45,754 bases of DNA from an uncultured Anaerolineaceae bacterium (GTDB lineage Bacteria > Chloroflexota > Limnocylindria > Limnocylindrales > CSP1-4), in NCBI GenBank assembly GCA_964477545.1, contig CAYZEJ010000003.1:1-45754 (forward strand), in the 5' to 3' direction. The notes under the pieces were generated by a model. That model was not told the DNA's origin, made no database searches, and worked only from the letters and a program-made list of their open reading frames with translations. Below, piece by piece: positions 17,784 to 27,500 of the stretch (its first letter is position 1; each line of letters opens with the position of its first letter). A program made the position numbers and the translations under genes.

Positions 17784-18683
17784 TCAGCCTGCGGTCAGTG
17801 CCTGCTCGGCCTCGGGCATCATCGCTGCGGCGTAGCCTTCGTACAGGTAAACCGGGGAGGACGCGCGGCGGCGTTCGACCGCGACGGGTATGGCCACCTG
17901 CCGGCGTTCGATCAGGACCGGGATCAGATTCGGTGTTGCCGCCGCGATCAGCGCGGCATCGGTGGCGTACGACGGGGCCGCCGGCACGAACACCGGCCCT
18001 GGCAGCGAGCGGAAGCGTTCGCCGACGATCGCGACCAGGATGGTCCAGCCGGCGGAGAACGTCCGGAGCTTGGCTTGGCCCGCGACCCGTGGCGCCTCGC
18101 AGCTGGCGACCTCGACGACTCGCAGCCCGCGGCGCAGCGCGCGGATGTTGGCCACGATCTCGTGGGCCCAGCCGTCGATCTCGGGTGCCAGCAATGACTG
18201 GTGCCTGCGCCACACGGCGTTGTAGCCATACGTGATGTCGGTGAAGCGGCCGCCGAAGAGCAGGTTTGAGAGCGTTACGAAGGCCCAGTTGCCGAGCCTC
18301 CGGAGGGGCGTCATGTCATCGGTGCGCGCGCCCTGGATGAAGCGGCTGCCTTTGGCGTAATCGGCGCCGGCGACGAGGCAGCCAACGAAAGACGGAATCT
18401 CGCCCGGATCGGTGGAGCCGTCGGCGTCGAGGTGTACGACGATCTCACCCGTCGCTGCTTCGAACCCGGCTCGGAGAGCGGCGCCCTTCCCGGGGGCGTC
18501 CTGGCGGACGATGCGGATGGTCGGCATGAGCCGGCGCGCGACCTCGATCGTGCCGTCGGTCGAGGTGCCGTCGACGAGGATGACCTCGTGGACGTCGCGT
18601 GGTATGCGCGGCAGCACGTAGGGCAGGCTCTCGGCTTCATTGAGAGCCGGGATGACGACGCTGACGGTCACGTCGCGGAACAC
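17784..18683 (-). CDS. Glycosyltransferase family 2 (DPM1/polyprenyl-phosphate glycosyltransferase-like)
   Basis: 'VSVVIPALNEA', 'VDGTSTDGT', 'GKGAALRAG', 'HLDADGS', 'KGSRF'. Confidence 0.92.
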   Translation of the reverse strand: MFRDVTVSVVIPALNEAESLPYVLPRIPRDVHEVILVDGTSTDGTIEVARRLMPTIRIVRQDAPGKGAALRAGFEAATGEIVVHLDADGSTDPGEIPSFVGCLVAGADYAKGSRFIQGARTDDMTPLRRLGNWAFVTLSNLLFGGRFTDITYGYNAVWRRHQSLLAPEIDGWAHEIVANIRALRRGLRVVEVASCEAPRVAGQAKLRTFSAGWTILVAIVGERFRSLPGPVFVPAAPSYATDAALIAAATPNLIPVLIERRQVAIPVAVERRRASSPVYLYEGYAAAMMPEAEQALTAG

Positions 18684-18749
18684 TGGAGCCCTCTACCCTC
18701 CATGACGGCGGTGCGATGCGCCGAAGCGATTTCCCGTTCGGAACGAGGC

Positions 18750-18780
18750 CGACGGTAGTACTAAGGTACTGGAGCGTCAA
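18750..18780 (-). promoter_or_regulatory. Sigma70-like promoter TTGACG-N17-TACCGT with an overlapping 7-2-7 inverted repeat
   Basis: Minus strand TTGACG ctccagtaccttagtac TACCGT; repeat TAGTACT-AA-GGTACTG at 18756-18771. Confidence 0.55.
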
Positions 18781-18841
18781 TACATCTGGGCCATGCGGTG
18801 TTGACGCCCGGCAACGGGTCGCGACGCGGTTCCAGACCCGT

Positions 18842-20008
18842 TCAGGCGGGGTCGATGCGCTCGAACAGGCCCTCGTAGGCGGCCACTGTCTGGGCCCACG
18901 AATGCGGGTGGGCGAATCGGGTGCCCGCGAGCTCTGCCAGCCGGCGCAGCGCCTGCGCCAGTTGGTCGGGGTCTGCGGGCGGCACCAGGACGACGCCCCC
19001 ATACCCCTGTGCCGCTTCCGCGTTGCCGCCGACGTCGGTCATCACCACCGGCAGGCCGTAGCCCATCGCGACATGCAGCGGCCCACTCAGAGAGGAGCGC
19101 AGGTAGGGGAGAACCACTGCGTCGGCGCCGCGCATGTAGCCGTCGAGCTCTTCATCGGTCAGGTATCGATTGACGAAGGTGATCCGGCTGCGGCGGGGGC
19201 TCTTCTCGATCATCTCGGCCGGCAGCGTCCAGCCCTCCCACGTCTCGCCCACGACCGTCAGCCAGTAGCGGTCGATCTCCGCGTCGGGGATCGCCTCGAA
19301 CGCAGCGACCAGGTGCTCGAGGCCCTTGTAGGGGCGGATGACGCCGAAGAACAGCAGGTTGCAGGTCCCGGCCGGGGCCTCGCGCACCGGCGCACCCTCG
19401 CGCTCCTTCGTCTGGTAGTGATCGTGCGGGCCGTGCGGCAGCACCTCGATCGGCCGGCGGCTGCCGAGGCGCCATGTCTGGAGCGCCAGGTCGCGGTCGA
19501 AGGCCGAGTGCACTGCGAAGCCGTGTGCCAGGCGCATCAGGATCGGGCCGACCGCGTGTACGTAGCGCTTGGCAAAGGGGATGTTCGCCTCGCCGGTCTC
19601 GATCACCTCGTGGAACTCGACTACCACGCGCGCGCCGGTCAGCCGCGCAAGCAGCGCCAGCGCGATGTAGCTGTGGAGGACGGTCCCCGTCCACCACTCC
19701 AGGATCACGAACTGCGGCCGATGGCGGAGAAAGAAAAGGACGGCGCGGATGATGCTCGGCAGCCAGTACCAGTCGATGCCGTCGAACACAGCCACGCGTT
19801 CGTCGTGGGGGAGGTCTGCCAGATCCGTGCCCACCCGCTGCCGGCCCGGATAGAAGCGCGCCGGCAACAGGCGACTCATCGTGACCATGGATACCCGATG
19901 GGTTTCCGCCAGCGCGTTGGCGAGCCGAACGGTATAGACGCTGATCCCGCTGAGGAAGCGCGTGCCGGAGCCGACGACCATGACGCGGCGCACAGGATTA
20001 GTCGTCAT
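18842..20008 (-). CDS. Glycosyltransferase family 4
   Basis: 'LFFGVIRPYKGLEHL', 'ADAVVLPY', 'AMGYGLPVVMTDVGG'. Confidence 0.92.
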   Translation of the reverse strand: MTTNPVRRVMVVGSGTRFLSGISVYTVRLANALAETHRVSMVTMSRLLPARFYPGRQRVGTDLADLPHDERVAVFDGIDWYWLPSIIRAVLFFLRHRPQFVILEWWTGTVLHSYIALALLARLTGARVVVEFHEVIETGEANIPFAKRYVHAVGPILMRLAHGFAVHSAFDRDLALQTWRLGSRRPIEVLPHGPHDHYQTKEREGAPVREAPAGTCNLLFFGVIRPYKGLEHLVAAFEAIPDAEIDRYWLTVVGETWEGWTLPAEMIEKSPRRSRITFVNRYLTDEELDGYMRGADAVVLPYLRSSLSGPLHVAMGYGLPVVMTDVGGNAEAAQGYGGVVLVPPADPDQLAQALRRLAELAGTRFAHPHSWAQTVAAYEGLFERIDPA

Positions 20009-20604
20009 CGGCTTGCCCCGTCGGCGGCGATCGCCCTGATAAGTGAGCCCTCGTCGACGAGCTCGCGGATCGACGGGGCGATCGCCTCGAGCCTGATTCC
20101 GCGGCCGTAGGCCTCGGCCGCCACCACCTCGGCACTGTCACCGACGACCCACAGGCGCATTCCCAGCCGCTGCCCGGCCTCGACGTCGCTCATCGAGTCG
20201 CCGATGAGGTGGCTGCGCTCGAACCTGATCCAGGGATGAGCCGACTGCGCCTGCTTGAAGAGACCCACGCCGGGCTTGCGACAGTCGCAGACCCCGATCT
20301 CGTGCGGGCAGGTGTAGATGCCGCCGAGCGGAACGCCGGCCGCGGCGAGGGTATCGACCAGGCGCGTGTGAATCTCGTCCAGGTCAGCCTCATCGACGAG
20401 CCCGCGGGCAACGCCACGCTGGTTCGTGACGATGAATAGCACGGCGCCTGCCTCGTGGAGCGCCGAGAGCGCCTCCACGGCGCCCTGCGTCAGCTCGAAC
20501 TCGGACCAGTCCCGGATGTAGGCGCCGGCCGGTGCGCGTCGGTTGATCACCCCGTCGCGGTCGAGAAAAACCGCTACCCGCGCGGGCCCCGACTCAGCGA
20601 CCAA
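20005..20604 (-). CDS. gmhB: D-glycero-D-manno-heptose 1,7-bisphosphate phosphatase (HAD IIIA)
   Basis: 'AVFLDRDGVIN', 'VTNQRGVARG', 'CPHE..VCDCRKPG', 'IGDSMSD'; probable TTG start overlapping the hddA stop. Confidence 0.9.
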   Translation of the reverse strand: MVAESGPARVAVFLDRDGVINRRAPAGAYIRDWSEFELTQGAVEALSALHEAGAVLFIVTNQRGVARGLVDEADLDEIHTRLVDTLAAAGVPLGGIYTCPHEIGVCDCRKPGVGLFKQAQSAHPWIRFERSHLIGDSMSDVEAGQRLGMRLWVVGDSAEVVAAEAYGRGIRLEAIAPSIRELVDEGSLIRAIAADGASR

Positions 20605-21640
20605 CGGTGCCGTTGACCCGCCAGGTCTGGAGCCCGAGCGGCTCGAGAGCGACCTCGTGGATCTGGCAGCCCATTCCGGCAAGGACCTGGGCAATCTCGT
20701 GCTTTCGTTCGAAACCGCAGTAGAGCAGCATGTATCCGCCTCCGCCCGCCCCCGTGATCTTGCCGCCCAGCGCACCTTCCCGGCGCGCTACTGAGTACAG
20801 CTCATCGAGCTCGGGACTCGAGATCTTCGGCGACATCCGCTTCTTGTGCTGCCATTCCTCGTCCAGGAGCGTGCCGAACTCATCCATCTTCCGGCGCAGG
20901 AGCGAGTTCTTCATCTCGGTCGCGAGTGCCTTGAGCTCCTTCAGCGCGTCGGTCGTGTCGGCTTCGCGCTCCTCATATCGGCGTACCTGGTCCTCGATGA
21001 TGTTCTCGGACAGGCGAATCCGGCCGGTGTGGACGAGAAGCAGGTTGTACTCGAGCTCGTTCCTGATGTCGTCGCTGATCTTGAGTGAGTTGACCACGAC
21101 TCGGTCGCCCAGGAACTCGATGAAGTTGAAGCCGCCGAATGCGGCCGCGTACTGATCCTGCATGCCTCCGGGAATGGAGAGATCCACTCGCTCGATGCTG
21201 TAGGCCAGCTCGGCCACCTCGTAGTCGGTCAACGTCAGGCCGTGGTACTCCTTCAGCAGGCCGACGAGCACGACCATCATGGCCGAGGAAGACCCCAGGC
21301 CTGAGCCCGGCGGGGCATCGGTGTGCAGAAACAGGTCGTAGCCGCCGTTGTGGTCGCCGGCCAGGCGATTGATCGCCGCCTTGGCCAGGTCCATCTGGCC
21401 GTCATAGGTCAGGCTGTCGCGGGACGCGTACGTGAGCGACACGCCGAAGTCGCGCGAGCTGATGCATATCTGACCGTCATCGCGCGGGCGCAACGTGCCC
21501 CAGGCGTAGCGGTTGATGGTCGAGCTCAACACGCAGCCGCCCTCGCGCTCGGGGAACGGCGGCACGTCGGTTCCGCCGCCGGCAAAGCTGATGCGGAGCG
21601 GTGCCTTGGCGCGCACGAGAGAAGTCATCGGGTGCTCCAC
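20594..21640 (-). CDS. hddA: D-glycero-alpha-D-manno-heptose 7-phosphate kinase (GHMP)
   Basis: 'KAPLRISFAGGGTDV', 'PPGSGLGSS', 'GGMQDQYAAAFGGFN', 'GGKITGAGGGG'. Confidence 0.92.
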   Translation of the reverse strand: MEHPMTSLVRAKAPLRISFAGGGTDVPPFPEREGGCVLSSTINRYAWGTLRPRDDGQICISSRDFGVSLTYASRDSLTYDGQMDLAKAAINRLAGDHNGGYDLFLHTDAPPGSGLGSSSAMMVVLVGLLKEYHGLTLTDYEVAELAYSIERVDLSIPGGMQDQYAAAFGGFNFIEFLGDRVVVNSLKISDDIRNELEYNLLLVHTGRIRLSENIIEDQVRRYEEREADTTDALKELKALATEMKNSLLRRKMDEFGTLLDEEWQHKKRMSPKISSPELDELYSVARREGALGGKITGAGGGGYMLLYCGFERKHEIAQVLAGMGCQIHEVALEPLGLQTWRVNGTVGR

Positions 21641-21986
21641 ATGGTGGCACGGCTTACTTGCGATCTCACGGGCGCTGGACGGTACGGACGCGCCGAGTAC
21701 CAGTCAAGGCGTAGTACCTCTCTCCTATGCACCGAACTGACCATTCGTTGCCCGCAGGCGACGCTGTTTGGCGGTGGACCCCAGATTCACGCTCAGAAAA
21801 GCCATCGTCCGTCTGTAGACTCGGCGTCGACATGAAGCGGCCTCTCTCAATTTGCGCCACACCGCGTTTCAGGCGGGCAGGGGTTGCCGGCCCGGTACTG
21901 GTACGAATGGCGTGCCAGGCCAGCGAGTGGGAGTTCATTCCCATTGCCGTCCATACCGTCACACACCGAGTATCGGCCAGCTGACG

Positions 21987-22286
21987 TTGAGCGAGGAAAC
22001 CGAGATCGATGACCCAATTACGACTGGCCAGCCCGACTCCCGCGAGGCGAGCCCACCAACCGAGCCCGCGACAGCCGGTGCGCCGCATGCAGTCCGCCTT
22101 CCAAGCCGCCGACACGAATCGCCTTGGTCCAGCCGCGCCGTCTTCTTCATTGCCGTGGTCGGCGCAGTCACCGTCGCGCCACTCCTGCTCGACCCGGTTC
22201 CCCTTGACGAGCGGCCGCAGATGACTCCGGCATCGACAGGCTCCCCTGTGCCCTCGTCGACGCTTAGCGTGAGCTTCCCCGAATGA
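21987..22286 (+). CDS. Small hypothetical protein with one hydrophobic segment (start uncertain)
   Basis: 'AVFFIAVVGAVTVAPLLL'; stop overlaps the next ATG (ATGA). Confidence 0.35.
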   Translation: MSEETEIDDPITTGQPDSREASPPTEPATAGAPHAVRLPSRRHESPWSSRAVFFIAVVGAVTVAPLLLDPVPLDERPQMTPASTGSPVPSSTLSVSFPE

Positions 22287-23383
22287 CAGCCGTGATGCCA
22301 GACCGCGCACGGCCGACGCCTTCGGACGCCGCCGGAATGGCGACCGCGGTGGCTGGCGACACCGTCGTTCCGGCTCGACGTCTTTACGTCGTCGGTGGCC
22401 GACAGCGCACGCTGCGTCCGCTTGCTGCGGGGATGACCGATTGGTACGAATACGAGAGCGCGGTAATCGTCGAGCTGGATACCGCGAGCGGTTCCGCATC
22501 GGTGTCGGTCGACTACGTTTCGCCCGCTGACGTCTGCCCGCCGGAGGATCCCGCCATCCTGTTCAAGTCGGGAACCCTGGAAGGCGACGAGCTCTATGTC
22601 TGCACGCAGACCGAGGTGCTGATCTATCGAGTCCCGTCCTTCGAGCGCATCGGCTACGTCTCGTTGCCGCTGTTCAATGACGTCCACCACGTCCGCCCAA
22701 CGCCCGACGGAAATCTCCTCATCGCGAACACCGGCCTGGACATGGTCGTCGAGACGACTCGCGCGGGCGACGTGATCAATCTCTGGAATGTCCTGGGCGA
22801 GGACGCATGGGCACGTTTCTCTCGCGACATCGATTACCGCCTCGTGCCAACGACCAAGCCTCATCTGGCACATCCGAATCACGTCTTCTTTGTCGGCGAC
22901 GAGCCGTGGGCCACCCGTTTCCAGCAGAAGGACGCCATCTCGCTCATCGACCCGGGCAGGCGCATCGACATCGGCCTCGAGCGCGTCCATGACGGCGTCG
23001 TGGGCGACGACGGTCACGTGTACTTCACGACTGTCGACGGCAAGATCGCGATCGCGGACACCCACAGCCTCGCGGTTGTCGAAGTGATCGACCTGACGGC
23101 CTCGCATCCCAGGGACTCGCTCCTCGGATGGGCGCGTAGCCTGCTGATCGACGGCAACTATCTGTGGGTTGGCTTCTCGCGAATCCGGCCCACGAAGTTC
23201 CGCGAGAACGTCGGCTGGGTGCTGCGCGGCCTGAAACGGGACTTCGGGACGCACGTCGGCTGCTACGACCTGCGCACCAGACGTTCGGTCGCGCAGATCC
23301 CCGTCGAACAGGCGGGGCTGAGCGCGATCTTTGGCATCTACCGCGCGCCCGAGGCAGCCGGACAGCCAGCGCCGTCTCGATGA
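22283..23383 (+). CDS. Hypothetical beta-propeller-like protein of the glycan cluster
   Basis: Repeated short beta strands; His motifs 'FNDVHHV', 'AHPNHVF', 'RVHDG'. Confidence 0.7.
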   Translation: MTAVMPDRARPTPSDAAGMATAVAGDTVVPARRLYVVGGRQRTLRPLAAGMTDWYEYESAVIVELDTASGSASVSVDYVSPADVCPPEDPAILFKSGTLEGDELYVCTQTEVLIYRVPSFERIGYVSLPLFNDVHHVRPTPDGNLLIANTGLDMVVETTRAGDVINLWNVLGEDAWARFSRDIDYRLVPTTKPHLAHPNHVFFVGDEPWATRFQQKDAISLIDPGRRIDIGLERVHDGVVGDDGHVYFTTVDGKIAIADTHSLAVVEVIDLTASHPRDSLLGWARSLLIDGNYLWVGFSRIRPTKFRENVGWVLRGLKRDFGTHVGCYDLRTRRSVAQIPVEQAGLSAIFGIYRAPEAAGQPAPSR

Positions 23384-23426
23384 CTCACGCCTGCGAGTCC
23401 GGCCGCGCCATCACGCGAGGCATGCG

Positions 23427-24350
23427 CTGACGAACCGATACCTCGTGACCGGCGGAGCCGGCTTCGTGGGCACGGGCGTGGTCCTCGCGTTGCTCGAGCG
23501 GGGCGACGAGGTTGTCGTGTTCGACTCGGGGGTCGCAGTCGGATTCGAATACCTCGCCTCTACCAGAGCGCAGATCGTCCGTGCCGACATCCGCGACACC
23601 ATCGCGCTCTCCGCTGCCCTCCAGGGCTGCACGGCAGTCGTCCATCTGGCTGCCCAGACGAGTGTGCCTGATTCCATCGCCAGGCCGATCGACGACCTCG
23701 AGATCAACGTCGCGGCCAGCCTGGGAATGCTCGAAGCCGCGAGGAGCGTTGGCGGAGTCCGCGTCGTCTTTGCATCATCCAACGCGGTCGTCGGCGGCCA
23801 CCCACCGCCAGCGCACGAGGGACTCGTGCCGTTCCCCGTCTCACCGTACGGTGCGGCCAAGGCGGCGATCGAGGCGTACCTGCGCGCCTACGGCGAAGCC
23901 TACGGGCTGGAAACCGTGGCACTCCGATTTGCCAACGCCTATGGACCATGGTCGGCGCACAAGGCGAGCGCCGTCTCGGCCTTCGTCAAGGCCTACCTGG
24001 CCGGTGGCCCGCTGACTATCCGCGGCACAGGTGCGCAGACGCGCGACTTCGTCTATCTCGACGACGTCGTCGCCGCCGTCGTGGCCTGCCTTGACGCCGA
24101 AGCGACCGTGATCGGCGGCGAAGTCTTCCAGGTCGGCACCGGGCGCGAGACCAGCATCAACGAGCTGGTGAGGCTCTTGTTCGAGGTCGGCGGAGGAGCC
24201 GTCGAGACCACTCATCTGGAACCGTCGCCGGGTGACGTGCCGCGGAACGTGAGTGACATCTCTAAGGCGCGACTTGTGCTCGGCTGCGAGCCGACGACCA
24301 CACTCGCCGAGGGCCTGACGCGCACTGTGGAGTGGTTCCGCAGCCATTGA
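23427..24350 (+). CDS. NAD-dependent epimerase/dehydratase (extended SDR); start codon uncertain
   Basis: 'YLVTGGAGFVG', 'HLAA', 'FASSNAV', 'SPYGAAK', 'RFANAYGP', 'QTRDFVY'. Confidence 0.9.
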   Translation: MTNRYLVTGGAGFVGTGVVLALLERGDEVVVFDSGVAVGFEYLASTRAQIVRADIRDTIALSAALQGCTAVVHLAAQTSVPDSIARPIDDLEINVAASLGMLEAARSVGGVRVVFASSNAVVGGHPPPAHEGLVPFPVSPYGAAKAAIEAYLRAYGEAYGLETVALRFANAYGPWSAHKASAVSAFVKAYLAGGPLTIRGTGAQTRDFVYLDDVVAAVVACLDAEATVIGGEVFQVGTGRETSINELVRLLFEVGGGAVETTHLEPSPGDVPRNVSDISKARLVLGCEPTTTLAEGLTRTVEWFRSH

Positions 24351-24409
24351 GCCTGTCGGCACCCCCGTGCCGTGGCGCACCACTATCGGTGCCACAAGTA
24401 CCAGAGCAC

Positions 24410-24425
24410 CTTGACTTTGGTACTA
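24410..24425 (+). promoter_or_regulatory. Conserved upstream element CTTGACTTTGGTACTA (operator and/or -35)
   Basis: 15/16 identical to 28508-28523, upstream of the paralogous gene. Confidence 0.55.
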
Positions 24426-24508
24426 GTCACGTAGAGGATCGATCCAGGCGGGGGACCCTTTTCGACCCGACTCCTTATGTACGGCGTTTGGGTGTCTCAG
24501 AGGTACGC

Positions 24509-27500
24509 ATGGTTCGCTTGGTCGTCGCGTTGGTCCTGGTCCTGACCGTGCTTGGCGGTGCGTTCCAGGCATTGGCCGGCCGGTCATCGAACCAGGGGCT
24601 GAGCCTGGTAGTGCCGGCGAAGGTTGACCCCGACGCCTCGTTCTCATTCGAATTCCGGTTGCCGGCGAGGGTTGCCGCCGTCGACGGCCGTGTCCTGCTC
24701 GACACGAGCGTCGCCGAGGTCGTGGGGCTCGCGCCGGTCAGTGGCGGCACCGCGCTCGCGCCGGTCCAGATTCCAGGCGGCGTCGCCTTCGGTGCGTATG
24801 GCCTCAACGCGCGTCATGGTCGGACGACCATGCGCGTCGTGGTTGCGCCCCAGGCCGAGGCGCAGCTCAAGTTTCGCGTGATCATCGATGCCATCTCCGA
24901 TGCGACCGGCAACCGCGTCGCACTACGAAAAGGCAAGGCGGTTGGGTCGCTGCGCGTCGGACGCGGTACGCACCGACCAGCCGTGCCGGGTGACGCTGCT
25001 CGCCGGTTACCCACCCGTGCGGCGGTTCCGCTGCGTCCCCCCGTCGACGACGGCACGATCGACGTCAAGGATCTCGACGTCGTCCGAGCGGAGTGGGCGA
25101 TGGCGCGCGCGAACGATGCGGCATGTGGTGACGAGCGCTATCGCGCTGCCGACGCGAACGGCGACGGCTGTGTCGATATCGCCGACATCCAGGCCGTGTT
25201 CGCCGCGATCCGGAATCGTCCCACGGCCGAGCGCAACGACGCTAACCGCACGAACGCCACCGCGTCCGTTGCCGGCGCCGGCCCGATCCTGGCCCTCGCA
25301 TCCGCCGCCGGGGAGCCTGGGCTGACTTTCATCGTCGACAGCACGGCAGATGCCCCGGACGCCAACAACGGCGATGGGTCATGCGCCGACAGCCTCGGCC
25401 GCTGTACGTTCCGAGCGGCGATCACCGAAGCCAATTGGCATACTGGTGCTGACCGCATCGAGTTCGACCTGGCAGGATCGGCGCCGGCCGCGATCCAGCT
25501 GAGCAGCAGCCTGCCGCAACTGATGATCCAGGATCGATCAGGCGGACTGGTCATCGATGGCTATAGCCAGCCGGGCAGCCGCGTCAACGACGCCACAGTC
25601 GGTTCGAATGCCATACCCGGCGTGGAGTTGCGCGGCAACGGCAATTCGCCGCGCACCAACGGCCTGTTCATGACCAGTGCGGACAACACGATCCGCGGAC
25701 TGCTGATCAACAACTTCTACCGTGGCATTTTCATCGACGGCGCAGACGCCCACGACAACTCGATCGTCGGCAACCTGTTCGGTTACACCGCGGCCGGGGC
25801 CGTTCACAGCTACAAGGCATACACGGGCGTAATCATCGACTCCGCCAACCACAACAGCGTTGGCACGCCGGCGCTGGCCGATCGCAACGTCTCCACGGCC
25901 GGTAAGGGCTTCTATCTGTACGGGCCGCCCGCGGAGCACAACGTCCTCCAGAACAACGTCATCTGCCTGACACCGACTGGGATGGCTGGCGCAACGTGCA
26001 GCACCGGCATCGATCACGACTTCGGCGCGAAGAACAACCTCATCGGCGGAACGGGGCTCGGGGAACGCAACGTGATCGGCCCTTCGTTCCTGCAGGGCAT
26101 CGAGATCTCGCATGGCTGGGATCCAAGCGGAAACGATACGAGCGGCCGGTGGCTGCTCAGCAACAACCGCATCGTTGGTAACTGGGTCGGCTTTCGCGGC
26201 GATGGCAGCTACAGCGCCGCGTTCCGGTCCGGCCAGAGCAATCCCGGCAGCGGCGACAACGGCAACGGCATCAACGTCTACGACGGCTCGAGCTTCAACC
26301 TGGTCGAGAGCAACTGGGTTGCCTCGGTCTACGACGGGATCCAGACCATGTCGTCCAACTCGACCGGCAACATCATCCGCAACAACATCATCGGCGAGTC
26401 GCCGCTTGGCCAGCCGGCCCCGCTCATTCGAGACGGAATCGTTGCCCGCCTGAATACCCGCACGCATACCATCGAAGGCAACATCGTCCGCAACGCCGGC
26501 CGGTACGGAATCGGGCTGACCCAGCCAGACGTCCTGTGGGTGCGGATCAGCCGCAACATCGTCACCGACATGTCGGGCCCGGCGATCTTCCTCGCTCCAA
26601 ACCCGAACGATCCTTCGGAGGGCGCGAACGACGTGCTCGCGTCACCGGTGATCACATCGGCCACGACCATCGAGGTCACCGGAACGGGCATCGCCGGCGC
26701 AACGGTGGAGGTCTACCGCGCTTCGCGACCCGCCGGGCAGAGCGGCCTGCCGGTCGAGTATCTCGGTTCGGCCATGGTGGCCGGCGATGGCACATGGACC
26801 CTGCCGGCGATTCTCCAGGCCGGCGATCGCGCGACGGCCCTGCAGATCGACCCGAGCAACAACACTTCGATGTTGGGGCTCAACGTGACCGCTGTCTTCG
26901 AGCAGCCGCCCGCGGCGCCGGTGGCTGACTTCTCGTGGACGCAGCTCGCGGGCAGCACGGCTATCGGTTTCACTGACACCTCCACCGGATCGCCTGCGTC
27001 ATGGAACTGGGAGTTCGGCGACGGCAGCACGTCCACCGAGCAGAACCCCAATCACACCTACGGCGCGACCGGCGACTTCAGCGTCAAGCTGACCGCCTCG
27101 AGTGCCGGCGGATCGAGCAGCATCACCAAGACGGTCACCGTCAGCCCGCCCTCGCAGGGCTTCTTCGCGGCCGACGCCTTCGCGCGCAGTGCGAGCAGCG
27201 GCTGGGGCACGGCCGACATCGGCGGGCCGTACACGGTCGAGGGCACGGCAGCCAACTACAGCGTCGATGGCACCGCCGGCAACATCGTGGTGCCTGGGCC
27301 GGGGCGGACCCGCTCGGCATTGCTCAACGAGGTCTCGCAGGCGAACATCGACATCCGCTTCCGGGTGGCGGCCGACAAGGTCGCGACCGGCAGCCGCTAC
27401 TTCGCCTACGCCGTCGCGCGCCGCAACTCGAACAACGAGTACCGGCCGCAGCTGATCTTCAACACCAACGGGACCTTCTCGGTCCACGCCGGCGCGCTGG

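Noticed and set aside
18756-18771. LexA box (GTAC-N4-GTAC)
   Set aside because: Downstream genes are not SOS genes, and the related sites fit a 7-2-7 repeat better than GAAC-N4-GTTC
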